Part shown: positions 31,121-40,595 of the stretch, one piece after another | Position numbering within the stretch: the first letter of the stretch is position 1 | Layout: the number at the start of each line of letters is the position of its first letter | Source: Gammaproteobacteria bacterium | GTDB lineage: Bacteria > Pseudomonadota > Gammaproteobacteria > CAMYNG01 | Direction: 5' to 3' | DNA: 64,000 nucleotides | NCBI GenBank assembly: GCA_011051615.1 | Contig: DRKU01000109.1 | Span: 13,324 to 77,323 of the forward strand | Position numbers and translations under genes: made by a program | Notes under the pieces: generated by a model | Database searches by the model: none | What the model saw: the letters and a program-made list of their open reading frames with translations, nothing else | What the model was told of the DNA's origin: nothing

Positions 31121-32317
31121 TCAGGCGGTGCGGAAGCTGAGCAGGAGCTGATGCAGAGACTCGGCCAGGCCACGCAGGTTCTGCACCGCCTGACGGGACT
31201 GGGCGATGCCCTCGCTGGCCTGCGCGGAGACGTCGCTGATGTTGACGATGCTCTGGCTGATACCCTCGGCCACCCCGCTCTGCTCCTTCGCCGCGGTGGC
31301 GATCTGGGTCACCATATTGTTGGCCACGGAAATGGAACCGGAAATATCGGCGAGGGCCTCGACCGTCTTTTCCGTGCGATCGACACCCTCGGCCGCCAGC
31401 TCGCTACCACGTTCCATGGCAGTCACGGCCTTGCGCGCGCCGTCCTGCAGGCGCTCGATCATGGCGCTGATCTCCTCGGTAGACTGCTGGGTGCGATTGG
31501 CCAGCGTGCGTACTTCATCAGCCACCACGGCGAAGCCACGGCCCTGTTCCCCGGCACGGGCGGCCTCGATGGCCGCGTTCAGCGCGAGGAGATTGGTCTG
31601 CTCGGCGATACCGGAGATGACCGCCAACACGCCGCCGATGTTCTCGCTCTCGGTCTCCAGCACATGAATAAGCTGTGTCGACTCCTGTACGCTGGTGGCG
31701 AGGTTGTCGATGGCGCACATGGCATCAATGGTGATGACGTTGGCCTCGGTCCCCTTGGCATCCGCCTCGCTGGTGGCGTTGGCGGCCTGTTCGGCATTCT
31801 CCGCCACCTGGTGCGCGGTGGCGCTCAGTTCGGTGGCGGCGGTGGCGATCTGGTTTACTTCACTCTGCTCGACCATAGCACCACGATGGGTCTCTTCGGT
31901 GATCTCCGAGACCCGCGTGGTACTGGCCAGCAGTTCATCGCTGGTGCGGGTGAGCGAGCCGATGATGTCACGCAGGGTGGCGGTCATTGCGTTGACGCTG
32001 GCAGCCAGGTCGCCCACCAGGTCGGGACTTGTCAGCGTACATTCGAAGGTGACGTCCCGCTGGGCCACTGCATGGGTAACCTCTGCCAGACGCCCCAGTC
32101 GCCTCAATAGCAGCCATTTGAACAACCAGAAGTGGATACTGCCGAGTAGCGCGCCGCACAGGGCACCGGCAGCCGCCAGCCAGCCAGGCGCCACAGCCGT
32201 GAGATCCGGCACCAGGCCCGCTGATCCGGTGAGGATCGCGCCCACCGCGGCACCGACCCCGATGTACGCAAGCCCCATGGTACGTACGATTCCCAGACGA
32301 GACATCATTCCGGACAC
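31121..32317 (-). CDS. Methyl-accepting chemotaxis protein with a minimal (two-TM, near-loopless) sensing module
   Basis: 398 aa. The GTG start at 32317 lies 6 nt after GAGGA. Two closely spaced TM helices, then HAMP ([19 protein letters not shown]) and the signalling hairpin [38 protein letters not shown]. Confidence 0.88.
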   Translation of the reverse strand: MSGMMSRLGIVRTMGLAYIGVGAAVGAILTGSAGLVPDLTAVAPGWLAAAGALCGALLGSIHFWLFKWLLLRRLGRLAEVTHAVAQRDVTFECTLTSPDLVGDLAASVNAMTATLRDIIGSLTRTSDELLASTTRVSEITEETHRGAMVEQSEVNQIATAATELSATAHQVAENAEQAANATSEADAKGTEANVITIDAMCAIDNLATSVQESTQLIHVLETESENIGGVLAVISGIAEQTNLLALNAAIEAARAGEQGRGFAVVADEVRTLANRTQQSTEEISAMIERLQDGARKAVTAMERGSELAAEGVDRTEKTVEALADISGSISVANNMVTQIATAAKEQSGVAEGISQSIVNISDVSAQASEGIAQSRQAVQNLRGLAESLHQLLLSFRTA

Positions 32318-32541
32318 GCTGAATCCTCATTTGGCCAAGAACAGAAAAACACCGGGATGGCAGCGCCTGTCACCTTCCCGCCTGTATCTAGTATCGGCGA
32401 TGAACACGGGCGCTTTAGCCAGGCGGGACGCGCCCGTACCGGGCAGGTGCCCCGCGCGGCGGGAACCGTTACAATGCGGCCTCGCGCGCGTCGTGCGCGG
32501 CACCGTTCAGACACAGTCCAACACACACATCCAGGAACACC

Positions 32542-34209
32542 ATGGCGCAATACATCTACACCATGAACCATGTCGGCAAGATCGTTCCGCCAAAGCGGGC
32601 CATCCTGCAGGACATTTCCCTGTCTTTCTTTCCCGGCGCCAAGATCGGCGTCCTCGGCCTCAACGGTTCGGGCAAATCCACCCTGCTGCGCATCATGGCC
32701 GGAGTGGATACCGAGATCGAAGGCGAAGCCCGACCGCAGGCCGGTATCAAGGTGGGCTACCTGCCCCAGGAACCGCAGCTCGATCCGGACAAGGACGTAC
32801 GCGGCAACGTCGAGGAGGCCCTCGGTGAGATCAAGGACGCGTTGACGCGCCTCGACGAAATCTACGCCGCTTACGCGGAGCCCGACGCCGATTTCGACGC
32901 GCTGGCCGCCGAGCAGGCGAAGCTGGAAAACCTCATCCAGGCGGCCGATGGCCACAACCTCGAACGCACGCTAGAGATCGCCGCCGATGCCCTGCGCCTG
33001 CCAGCCTGGGACGCGGATGTGACGAAACTCTCGGGTGGTGAGCGCCGCCGCGTAGCCCTGTGCCGGCTGCTGTTGTCGAGCCCCGACATGCTGTTGCTCG
33101 ACGAACCCACCAACCACCTGGATGCCGAGTCGGTGGCCTGGCTGGAGCGCTTCCTGCACGACTTTCCAGGCACCGTGGTGGCCGTCACCCATGACCGCTA
33201 CTTCCTCGACAACGTCGCCGGCTGGATCCTGGAGCTGGATCGCGGACACGGCATTCCCTGGGAAGGCAATTACTCGTCCTGGCTGGAGCAGAAGGAAAAA
33301 CGTCTCGGCCAGGAAGAACGCGAGCAGGCCGCACGCCAGCGTGCCATCAAGGCGGAGCTGGAATGGGTGCGTAGCAATCCCAAGGGGCGGCACGCCAAGA
33401 GCAAGGCACGCCTGAAGCGCTTCGAGGAGATCGCCTCGCAGGAATACCAGGCGCGCAACGAGACACGTGAACTGTATATCCCGCCCGGTCCACGCCTCGG
33501 TGAACTCGTCATCGAGGCCAACGGCCTGCGCAAGGGCTTTGGCGATCGCCTGCTCATCGACGGCCTCAGTTTCAACCTGCCGCGCGGCGGCATCGTTGGC
33601 GTCATTGGTCCCAATGGCGCGGGCAAGACCACCCTGTTCCGCATGCTCACCGGTGCCGAGCAACCCGATGATGGCGAGCTGCGCATCGGCGAAACAGTGG
33701 AGATCGCCTGCGTCGACCAGAGCCGTGACGCGCTGGATGACAACAAGACGGTATGGGAAGAGATCTCCGAGGGTCACGACATCATCCAGGTGGGCAAATA
33801 CGAGACACCATCACGCGCCTACGTGGGACGTTTTAACTTCCGTGGCAGTGATCAGCAGAAACGCATCGGTGATCTTTCCGGCGGTGAGCGCAACCGCGTG
33901 CATCTGGCCAAGCTGCTCAAGAAGGGTGGCAACGTACTGCTGCTCGACGAACCCACCAACGACCTCGATGTGGAAACCCTGCGCGCACTGGAAGACGCCC
34001 TGCTGGAATTTCCCGGCTGCGTGGTGGTCATTTCCCATGACCGCTGGTTCCTCGACCGCATCGCGACGCATATGCTGGCCTTCGAGGGCGACAGCCAGGT
34101 CACCTGGTTCGAGGGCAACTACGCCGACTACGAGGAAGATCGCAAACGCCGCCTGGGCGATGCCGCGGATCAACCGCATCGCATCAAGTACAAGCCGCTG
34201 AATCGATAG
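32542..34209 (+). CDS. ettA: Energy-dependent translational throttle protein EttA (ABC-F ATPase)
   Basis: 555 aa. [47 protein letters not shown]. Two ABC cassettes without TM domains (LSGGERRR; GPNGAGKTT; LSGGERNR). Confidence 0.92.
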   Translation: MAQYIYTMNHVGKIVPPKRAILQDISLSFFPGAKIGVLGLNGSGKSTLLRIMAGVDTEIEGEARPQAGIKVGYLPQEPQLDPDKDVRGNVEEALGEIKDALTRLDEIYAAYAEPDADFDALAAEQAKLENLIQAADGHNLERTLEIAADALRLPAWDADVTKLSGGERRRVALCRLLLSSPDMLLLDEPTNHLDAESVAWLERFLHDFPGTVVAVTHDRYFLDNVAGWILELDRGHGIPWEGNYSSWLEQKEKRLGQEEREQAARQRAIKAELEWVRSNPKGRHAKSKARLKRFEEIASQEYQARNETRELYIPPGPRLGELVIEANGLRKGFGDRLLIDGLSFNLPRGGIVGVIGPNGAGKTTLFRMLTGAEQPDDGELRIGETVEIACVDQSRDALDDNKTVWEEISEGHDIIQVGKYETPSRAYVGRFNFRGSDQQKRIGDLSGGERNRVHLAKLLKKGGNVLLLDEPTNDLDVETLRALEDALLEFPGCVVVISHDRWFLDRIATHMLAFEGDSQVTWFEGNYADYEEDRKRRLGDAADQPHRIKYKPLNR

Positions 34210-34267
34210 AACGGGACAGGCCCGGATGAATCAGCGAGGGCCGGAGAAATGACCCTCGCCAGGGGAA

Positions 34268-34531
34268 TTATTGCAGCTCCATGCCAAGGTCGAGGGCGAC
34301 CAGATCATCCTTGTCATAGTCCTGTAGCAGATCCGACCATTCCATGGGTTGCACCGCCGGGTGCAGTTCCAGCACGTACCAGGTATCGACATCGAACTCC
34401 TCGATCTCACCGTCCGCATACTGGACCTCGATGGATTCGATGTCCGCATCCAGCACCTGAAAAACGCGCTGTTCCATGTCCTGGTACCACTGCCCAACCA
34501 CTGGCTCAAAAGGTGTTGCCATTTTCTTCAC
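34268..34531 (-). CDS. Hypothetical small acidic protein (87 aa)
   Basis: The ORF MKKMATPFEPVVGQWYQDMEQRVFQVLDADIESIEVQYADGEIEEFDVDTWYVLELHP... has a protein-like, strongly acidic composition. It is separated from the upstream gene by a strong terminator, so it probably has its own promoter in the lower-GC spacer at 34532-34713. Confidence 0.55.
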   Translation of the reverse strand: MKKMATPFEPVVGQWYQDMEQRVFQVLDADIESIEVQYADGEIEEFDVDTWYVLELHPAVQPMEWSDLLQDYDKDDLVALDLGMELQ

Positions 34532-34713
34532 CTCCGGGTACGTACACTTGCCTGTTGTCTGTCAGGATTGCTGAACCGGCGCCACACGGGTTCGCCTGTG
34601 TAGATAAACCATAGCACCGCTTCCGGCAAAGAACAGGGCAACATATCCGCGCATTTCCCCCTGTTTTTTCTCACACAACACATCAAGCTGCCGGGATAAG
34701 AAACTAAATTTTC

Positions 34714-34748
34714 TGCAATAAAAAACGCCCTCGACAGGCGAGGGCGTT
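34714..34748 (-). terminator. Rho-independent terminator downstream of the Met-rich periplasmic protein gene
   Basis: Read on the minus strand: AACGCCCTCG-CCTGT-CGAGGGCGTT. This is a 10-bp GC-rich stem (34724-34733 pairing with 34739-34748), followed directly by TTTTTTATT. It lies 23 nt past the stop at 34772. Confidence 0.88.
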
Positions 34749-34771
34749 GTCAGACCAGCGCATAAAATTTT

Positions 34772-35431
34772 TTAATTCGTGGGCATGGTCTCTGGCATCG
34801 TCGCCGGCATGGCGGCGTCGGCCGGTGCCGCTGCGGGAGCGGCTTCCGCGGCGCCTGCCTCGGCCGGCGCCTCGGCGGGTGCCTGTGCCGCTTCCACATA
34901 AGCCAGTTCGTCCTCGGAAATCACCTCACCGGCGGCATTGAGAACCGAAACCTTCCACTTGCCGGTCCAGCCGGGAACGAAGCTCTTGGACGACCACACC
35001 CGCCAGCGTGGCCCGCGAACCTGGAACTTCACCTCGGCCATGACCTGGCCGTTGTATTCCCAGCGATGAGTAGCGGTCTGACCTTCCATGTCGCGCAGCT
35101 CGGTGAAATACATGACCTTCGGCACGGCATTTTCGAGGGTGGAGAGATCTTCCTTCGGCTCACGATCCTCGATGACGGTGGTAAAGGCCGAGCGGGTCAC
35201 GCTGCCGCGGGAAAAGCCCGCCTGTTCTTCCATCGGTGCAGCCATCCCCCCTTCGGGCATGGCGGCCTCGGCAGGCATGGCGGTTTCAGCGGGCATCGAG
35301 GCCGGGGCCTCGGCCGGGTGGGCCGCCGGCTCAGCGGCGGGCTGGGCTGCCGGCATGGCAGCGGGATCTTGCTGGGCGACTGCCGGCAGCACGACGGCCA
35401 GCAGACAGAATCCGGTGATCAGACTTTTCAT
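34772..35431 (-). CDS. Secreted protein with Met/Ala/Pro-rich termini and a DUF2914-like beta domain
   Basis: The ATG at 35431 is preceded by GGAGGA. Signal peptide MKSLITGFCLLAVVLPAVAQQ, then a low-complexity AMPA-type region. The core ...THRWEYNGQVMAEVKFQVRGPRWRVWSSKSFVPGWTGKWKVSVLNAAGEVI resembles DUF2914 from memory, and the tail is Ala/Pro/Met-rich. The track ORF start at 35518 was rejected. Confidence 0.6.
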   Translation of the reverse strand: MKSLITGFCLLAVVLPAVAQQDPAAMPAAQPAAEPAAHPAEAPASMPAETAMPAEAAMPEGGMAAPMEEQAGFSRGSVTRSAFTTVIEDREPKEDLSTLENAVPKVMYFTELRDMEGQTATHRWEYNGQVMAEVKFQVRGPRWRVWSSKSFVPGWTGKWKVSVLNAAGEVISEDELAYVEAAQAPAEAPAEAGAAEAAPAAAPADAAMPATMPETMPTN

Positions 35432-35658
35432 GGTTCTCCTCCTTGGAATGGCAACGAAAGTACAGCTATCCCCTTCGCATAATTGAACCGCGATCAGACG
35501 CCAATACTGCCCCTGCATCCGTGAAGGTGTTCACAGTTTGGCCGGCTGCCGCTCAGACAGCGAAACAAGTGGTCGCCACGGCCACGCATCACATAGAATA
35601 AGGTCATTTACCACCGACCCGGCGCCGGGTCGACGCAGCAACGGGAAAACGATAAACA

Positions 35659-36687
35659 ATGAATGCCTTTCGTGGCACGGCCGACAAGGACCTGCCCCCG
35701 CTTACCGGCATCCTGATCACCAATCTTGGGACACCGGACAGTCCCACGGCCCCTGCCCTGCGTCGTTACCTGACGGAATTTCTCAGTGACCGCCGCGTGG
35801 TGGAGATGCCACGCTGGCTGTGGTGGCCGATCCTGCATGGCGTCATCCTGCGCCTGCGCCCGGCACGCGCGGCACGTGCCTATCGGCGTGTGTGGACCGA
35901 TGACGGTTCACCACTGCTGTCCATCAGCCGACGCCAGGAGGCCGCCCTGCAACAGTTGCTGGCACGCCACGGTGAACAACCGGTAAAAGTGGTACTGGGC
36001 ATGCGCTACGGCAATCCTTCCATTGCCGCGGCCCTGGAGGAGCTTCGCCAGGCCAACGTCACGCGCCTGCTGGTGCTGCCGCTCTACCCGCAGTACTCGG
36101 GTACCACCACCGGTTCCACCTTCGATGCCGTGACGGAAGAACTGCGCCACTGGCGCCGGGTGCCGGTGCTGCGCCTGCTTGCCGACTACCACGACTTCGA
36201 TCCCTGGCTCGAGGCGCTGGCCAACAGCATACGCCGCCACTGGAGCGAACACGGTGAAAGTGAACGCCTGATGTTTTCCTTTCACGGTCTACCGCAGCGT
36301 TATCACCGCCATGGTGACCCATACGCCGAGCAGTGCCAGGTCAGCGCTCAGCGGGTGGCCGAGAAACTGGGCCTGTCGGCAGAACGCTGGGCGCTGTGCT
36401 TCCAGTCACGCTTTGGCCGCGAGGAATGGCTCAAGCCCTATACCGATGCCACCTTGCGCCAGTGGGCGAGCGAAGGTGTACGCCGTGTGGATCTGATCTG
36501 CCCCGGTTTCGCCGCCGACTGCCTCGAAACACTGGAGGAGATCAACATGGAGAACCGTGAGGTCTTTCTCGCCCATGGCGGTGAACAGTTCCACTACATC
36601 CCGGCGCTCAACGCGCACCCTTCCCACATGGAAGCCCTCGCGGCCCTCGTCCGGCGCGAGGCCGGCGACTGGTTGCAGGAGAGCTAA
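35659..36687 (+). CDS. hemH: Ferrochelatase
   Basis: 342 aa. GILITNLGTPDSPTAPALRRYLTEFLSDRRVVE, LPLYPQYSGTTTGS and SFHGLPQRY are typical HemH blocks. Confidence 0.92.
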   Translation: MNAFRGTADKDLPPLTGILITNLGTPDSPTAPALRRYLTEFLSDRRVVEMPRWLWWPILHGVILRLRPARAARAYRRVWTDDGSPLLSISRRQEAALQQLLARHGEQPVKVVLGMRYGNPSIAAALEELRQANVTRLLVLPLYPQYSGTTTGSTFDAVTEELRHWRRVPVLRLLADYHDFDPWLEALANSIRRHWSEHGESERLMFSFHGLPQRYHRHGDPYAEQCQVSAQRVAEKLGLSAERWALCFQSRFGREEWLKPYTDATLRQWASEGVRRVDLICPGFAADCLETLEEINMENREVFLAHGGEQFHYIPALNAHPSHMEALAALVRREAGDWLQES

Positions 36688-36772
36688 ATCGCTGTTGCGA
36701 ATACCGGGCCAGTTGAGAAATGCCAGGCGATGAACAGGACAATCTCCCTGCCGGGAACGCACCCCGCGCATG

Positions 36773-36800
36773 AAAAAAGGAGGCCGAGGCCTCCTTTTTT
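36773..36800. terminator. Bidirectional rho-independent terminator between convergent hemH and soxB
   Basis: AAAAAAGGAGGCC-GA-GGCCTCCTTTTTT is a perfect inverted repeat flanked by an A-run and a T-run, so a U-tract follows the hairpin on either strand. It lies 22 nt from the soxB stop and 86 nt from the hemH stop. Confidence 0.88.
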
Positions 36801-36821
36801 CATTTTGCCCGAAGAACAGGA

Positions 36822-38636
36822 CTAACCGACGTACTCGGCGATACCGGGGTTGCCCTCGGCGCCGACGATCTTCGGCGTGTTGAGCTTGCCCAGTTTGGCC
36901 ACCTTCTGATCACGCAGATAGTCGGCCACCACGTCCCACACCGGGGCACCCGGTGACTGGGAACCCACCGTCGCCCAGCCGGAGACCTTGTAGGTCTTGT
37001 CCGGCTCGATGACGGTGCCGTCGTCGAGACGCATGTCCTTGATACGGCCACCCATGCTGCCCTTGATGTCGATGGTGTAGTCGAGACCACCCACGCGCAC
37101 CATGTCGCCGCCCTGCTGGCGATAGGGATCGGCATTGAACAGGTTGTCGGCCACGTCCTCGAGGATCAGCTTGAGATCCGAACCTTTCATGTCACGCACA
37201 TAGGTCTCCGGATAGGTCATGCAGGTCTGGTCGAGGACATTGTCCATGTAGATGGTATCGCCCGGCAGCACCGTGGTCCCCCAGCGGAAGCCCGGTGACA
37301 GGGAGATCTGCGCATCCATCTGGACACGCAGGGCATCGCAGATGATCTGATCGAAGGTACCGTTGAAGTTGCCACGGCGGTACAGCAGGGTATCGGCCAC
37401 GGCCAGTTCTTCACGCAACCAGTCCATGTGCGGCTTACGCACGTCCTCGATGTACTTCGCCATTTCGGCATCGGGCTCAAGGAAATTGGAGAACACCGGC
37501 AGCAGACGATACTTCCAGCCCTGGATCTTGCCGTTGCGCACGTCCAGCTGCATGAAACTCAGGAACTTGCCATTGGAGCCGGAGTTGCCCACCAGAGTCT
37601 CGCCACCCGGGTTCTTGACCACCGTCGGCTGCGGAATGCCGTCATGGGTGTGACCACCAAGAATAACGTCGATGCCGGTGACCTTCGAGGCCATCTTGAG
37701 ATCCACGTCGGCGCCGTTGTGGGAAATGACGACAACCACGTCGGGTTTCTCGTTGGCGCGCACGTCGTCGATGATGGCCTGCATCTCCGAGTCGCGAATA
37801 CCAAAGGTCCAGTCGGGGATGAAGCGTTGCGGATTGGCGATAGGCGTATACGGGAAGGCCTGACCGACGACCGCCACGCGCACGCCGTTGACGACCTTGA
37901 TGCTGTAGGGTTTGAAGGCGCGGCTGCTGTTTTCGTCGAAGCCCTCGAAATCGGAGAACTTGTAGTCAAATGCCGCTTCGTCCTTGACGAAGACGTTCTG
38001 GCAGACGAAATCACCGTTGAACTGGCTGACGTTGTAGATGACTTCGTCATCCCGGTAGGTGAATTCCCAGTGCCCGGTCATAACATCGACACCAAGCAGG
38101 TTGGTGGCACCGACCATGTCCATACCGCGGGTCTTGAGTGCGGTACCCGAACCCTGCCAGGTATCACCACTGTCGAGCAGCAGGGTGCCGTTGTCACCGC
38201 CGTGCTCGGCACGCAGTTTCTTGACCAGCGTACGCAGGTGCGCGAAGCCCCCCACCTTGCCGTACTTGCGCGCGGCCTCGGTGAAGTTCAGGTAGGTGAA
38301 GGCGTGGGCCTCGGGGGTATTGGGCTTGATACCGTAGTGGGCCAGCAACTTCTCGCCCACCAGGTGGGGCGGCTGCCCGTAGGCGGAACCCAGACCGAGG
38401 TTGACATTGGGCTCGCGGAAATAGATGGGCAACAGTTGCGCGTGGCAGTCGGTGAAGTGCAGCAGCGAGACATTGCCGAACTTCGGGATGTCGTACATGC
38501 TGGCATCGCCGGAAGCCATGGCGGCCTCACCGGTCTTGCCGGGACCCGCATTTTTTGAGTCACAGCCCGGCAGCAGACCTGCGGCGGCGGCCATGCCCAT
38601 CAACTGGATAAATTCGCGACGGCTAATCGAAGACAT
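36822..38636 (-). CDS. soxB: Thiosulfohydrolase SoxB (dimanganese 5'-nucleotidase-family sulfur oxidation enzyme)
   Basis: 604 aa.
- Tat signal: MSSISRREFIQLMGMAAAAGLLPG.
- Metallophosphatase motifs: LLHFTDCHAQ, LLLDSGDTWQGS, TGHWEF.
- It also carries the blocks I recall as the classic soxB primer targets: DSGDTW, VGQAFPY, YRRGNF, QQGGDM.
- GAGGAG RBS upstream. Confidence 0.88.
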   Translation of the reverse strand: MSSISRREFIQLMGMAAAAGLLPGCDSKNAGPGKTGEAAMASGDASMYDIPKFGNVSLLHFTDCHAQLLPIYFREPNVNLGLGSAYGQPPHLVGEKLLAHYGIKPNTPEAHAFTYLNFTEAARKYGKVGGFAHLRTLVKKLRAEHGGDNGTLLLDSGDTWQGSGTALKTRGMDMVGATNLLGVDVMTGHWEFTYRDDEVIYNVSQFNGDFVCQNVFVKDEAAFDYKFSDFEGFDENSSRAFKPYSIKVVNGVRVAVVGQAFPYTPIANPQRFIPDWTFGIRDSEMQAIIDDVRANEKPDVVVVISHNGADVDLKMASKVTGIDVILGGHTHDGIPQPTVVKNPGGETLVGNSGSNGKFLSFMQLDVRNGKIQGWKYRLLPVFSNFLEPDAEMAKYIEDVRKPHMDWLREELAVADTLLYRRGNFNGTFDQIICDALRVQMDAQISLSPGFRWGTTVLPGDTIYMDNVLDQTCMTYPETYVRDMKGSDLKLILEDVADNLFNADPYRQQGGDMVRVGGLDYTIDIKGSMGGRIKDMRLDDGTVIEPDKTYKVSGWATVGSQSPGAPVWDVVADYLRDQKVAKLGKLNTPKIVGAEGNPGIAEYVG

Positions 38637-38988
38637 TCAAGCTCTCCTCATTTTTACATTCTTTATAGTATTCGTGCCGGGGGGTGAACGGATGCTTAAC
38701 CTGACGTTATTCTGCTCTCCGGCCACGTCCCCATCTGCTTGCACCGCAGCGCACATGCGCGGCGGCGAACGGCGGAAAACTGGCGGTTTCAGGCGTGTTT
38801 TTACCCGCAATCGGCCCGCATCATAGTACAAACGGCGCGTTGCGTGCACCGTTTTCGATGAAAAAATGCCGCCTGCGCCACTGCCATCGTGGACGAGTAC
38901 GTAAATGAGAATTTCAAACTGTGCTTATGCACCTTGTACGCATGGCGCGAAACCGCGGCGCGGCCTGCACAATCATGGTGCACGGAAC

Positions 38989-39627
38989 TCAGGCCGCTGG
39001 CCGGCCGGTGGCGCGCCGCCGTGGCAGACGAAACAGCATGAGGAAGAGGAAAATCACGGTGTAGAGGATGGGCTCGAAGAGATCGGCCTTGACCAGCCAG
39101 AAGAAATGCAGGATGCCCACCGCCGGCGCCACCCAGGCGAGACGATGCAGACGTTTCCAGTTGCGCCCCAGGCGGCGCATCATGCGGTTGGTGGAGGTCA
39201 GCGCCAGCGGCAGCAACATGAGGAAGGCCACCATGCCGGCAGTGATGAAGGGACGCTTGACGATATCGGCGAGGATCTCCGGCCAGTCGAAGAACTGGTC
39301 CAGCCACAGGTAGGACATGAAGTGGACGATGACATAGAAGAAGGCAAACAGGCCGAGCATGCGACGCAACTGGAGCCACCGGGAAACGCCGGTGAGCTTG
39401 CGCAGGGGGGTCATCAACAGCGTAAACAGCAGCAGGCGCAGGGCCCATTCACCACTGGCGCGGGTGAAGACCTCGATGGGGTTAGCGCCGAGACTGTCGG
39501 TGAACATGCCGTGCAGCAGGTAGGCCAGCGGCCACAGGCACAACAGGAATACCAGCGGTTTGCACCAGCGCGCACCGAGCACCGCGCGCAGGCGGGTATT
39601 CATCTCCACCACCACACCACCGTCCAT
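38989..39627 (-). CDS. msrQ: Protein-methionine-sulfoxide reductase heme-binding subunit MsrQ (YedZ)
   Basis: 212 aa, a polytopic ferric-reductase-like membrane protein (KPLVFLLCLWPLAYLL..., conserved His in TM helices). Its start overlaps the msrP stop (ATGA at 39625-39629). An alternative start is at 39603. Confidence 0.82.
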   Translation of the reverse strand: MDGGVVVEMNTRLRAVLGARWCKPLVFLLCLWPLAYLLHGMFTDSLGANPIEVFTRASGEWALRLLLFTLLMTPLRKLTGVSRWLQLRRMLGLFAFFYVIVHFMSYLWLDQFFDWPEILADIVKRPFITAGMVAFLMLLPLALTSTNRMMRRLGRNWKRLHRLAWVAPAVGILHFFWLVKADLFEPILYTVIFLFLMLFRLPRRRATGRPAA

Positions 39628-40595
39628 CAGAAATATTTCTTCAGGTCCATGCCCGCGTACAGTGAGGCCACCTGTTCTTCGTAGCCATTGAACTTGCGCG
39701 TGCGGATCTTGAAGAACTCACCGATGCGCCGTTCCTTGCGCTGACTCCAGCGCGGGTGGCTGACCTCCGGGTTCACGTTGGAATAGAAACCGTATTCGCT
39801 GGGGATGGCCTTCTCCCAGCTCGACAGCGGTTGTTTCTCGGTAAAGTGGATACTGACGATGGACTTGATGCTCTTGAAGCCATATTTCCAGGGCACCACC
39901 AGGCGCAGCGGCGCACCATTCTGGTTGGGCAGGACCTCCCCGTAGAGGCCGACGGCAAGAATGGTCAGCGGATGCATGGCCTCGTCGATGCGCAGACCTT
40001 CCACGTAGGGCCAGTCCAGCACACGGCGCTTCTGCCCGGGCATCTGCTTCGGATCATAGAGGGTGCGAAACTCGACGAACTTCGCTCGCGAAGTGGGCTT
40101 GAAGCGTGCCAGGACCTTGCCCAGGGGGATACCGACCCAGGGGATGACCATCGACCAGCCCTCGACACAGCGGAACCGGTAGATGCGCTCTTCGAGGGGA
40201 TGGGGCCTGAGAATATCCTCGAGGGTGAAATTACCACTCACCTCGCATTCCCCGTCGACCTTCACCGACCAGGGTTCGGTGCGCAGGGTGTGCGCACGTT
40301 TGGCCGGGGAATACTTGTCGGTACCGAACTCGTAGAAGTTGTTGTAGCTGGTGACGTCCTTGTACTCGGTCAGTGCTTCGTCGCTAGCCATGTCCGGGCG
40401 CGGGGTATAATCGAGCGGCCGACCACCATGGGCCGCGTAAGCAGCCTCGGCCTCCGCGACGGGCAGACCGGCAAGTGCCAGGCCCACGCCGAGACCGATC
40501 CCGGCCTGCATGAATTCCCGTCGCTGGCGATACACCGACTCGGAGGTAATTTCGGAGGGGCGCACGACCTCTGTCCCCGGGACCCTGATGAGCAT
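39627..40595 (-). CDS. msrP: Protein-methionine-sulfoxide reductase catalytic subunit MsrP (YedY, molybdopterin enzyme)
   Basis: 322 aa. Tat-type signal ([22 protein letters not shown]) and YedY-family blocks ([46 protein letters not shown]). Confidence 0.88.
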   Translation of the reverse strand: MLIRVPGTEVVRPSEITSESVYRQRREFMQAGIGLGVGLALAGLPVAEAEAAYAAHGGRPLDYTPRPDMASDEALTEYKDVTSYNNFYEFGTDKYSPAKRAHTLRTEPWSVKVDGECEVSGNFTLEDILRPHPLEERIYRFRCVEGWSMVIPWVGIPLGKVLARFKPTSRAKFVEFRTLYDPKQMPGQKRRVLDWPYVEGLRIDEAMHPLTILAVGLYGEVLPNQNGAPLRLVVPWKYGFKSIKSIVSIHFTEKQPLSSWEKAIPSEYGFYSNVNPEVSHPRWSQRKERRIGEFFKIRTRKFNGYEEQVASLYAGMDLKKYF

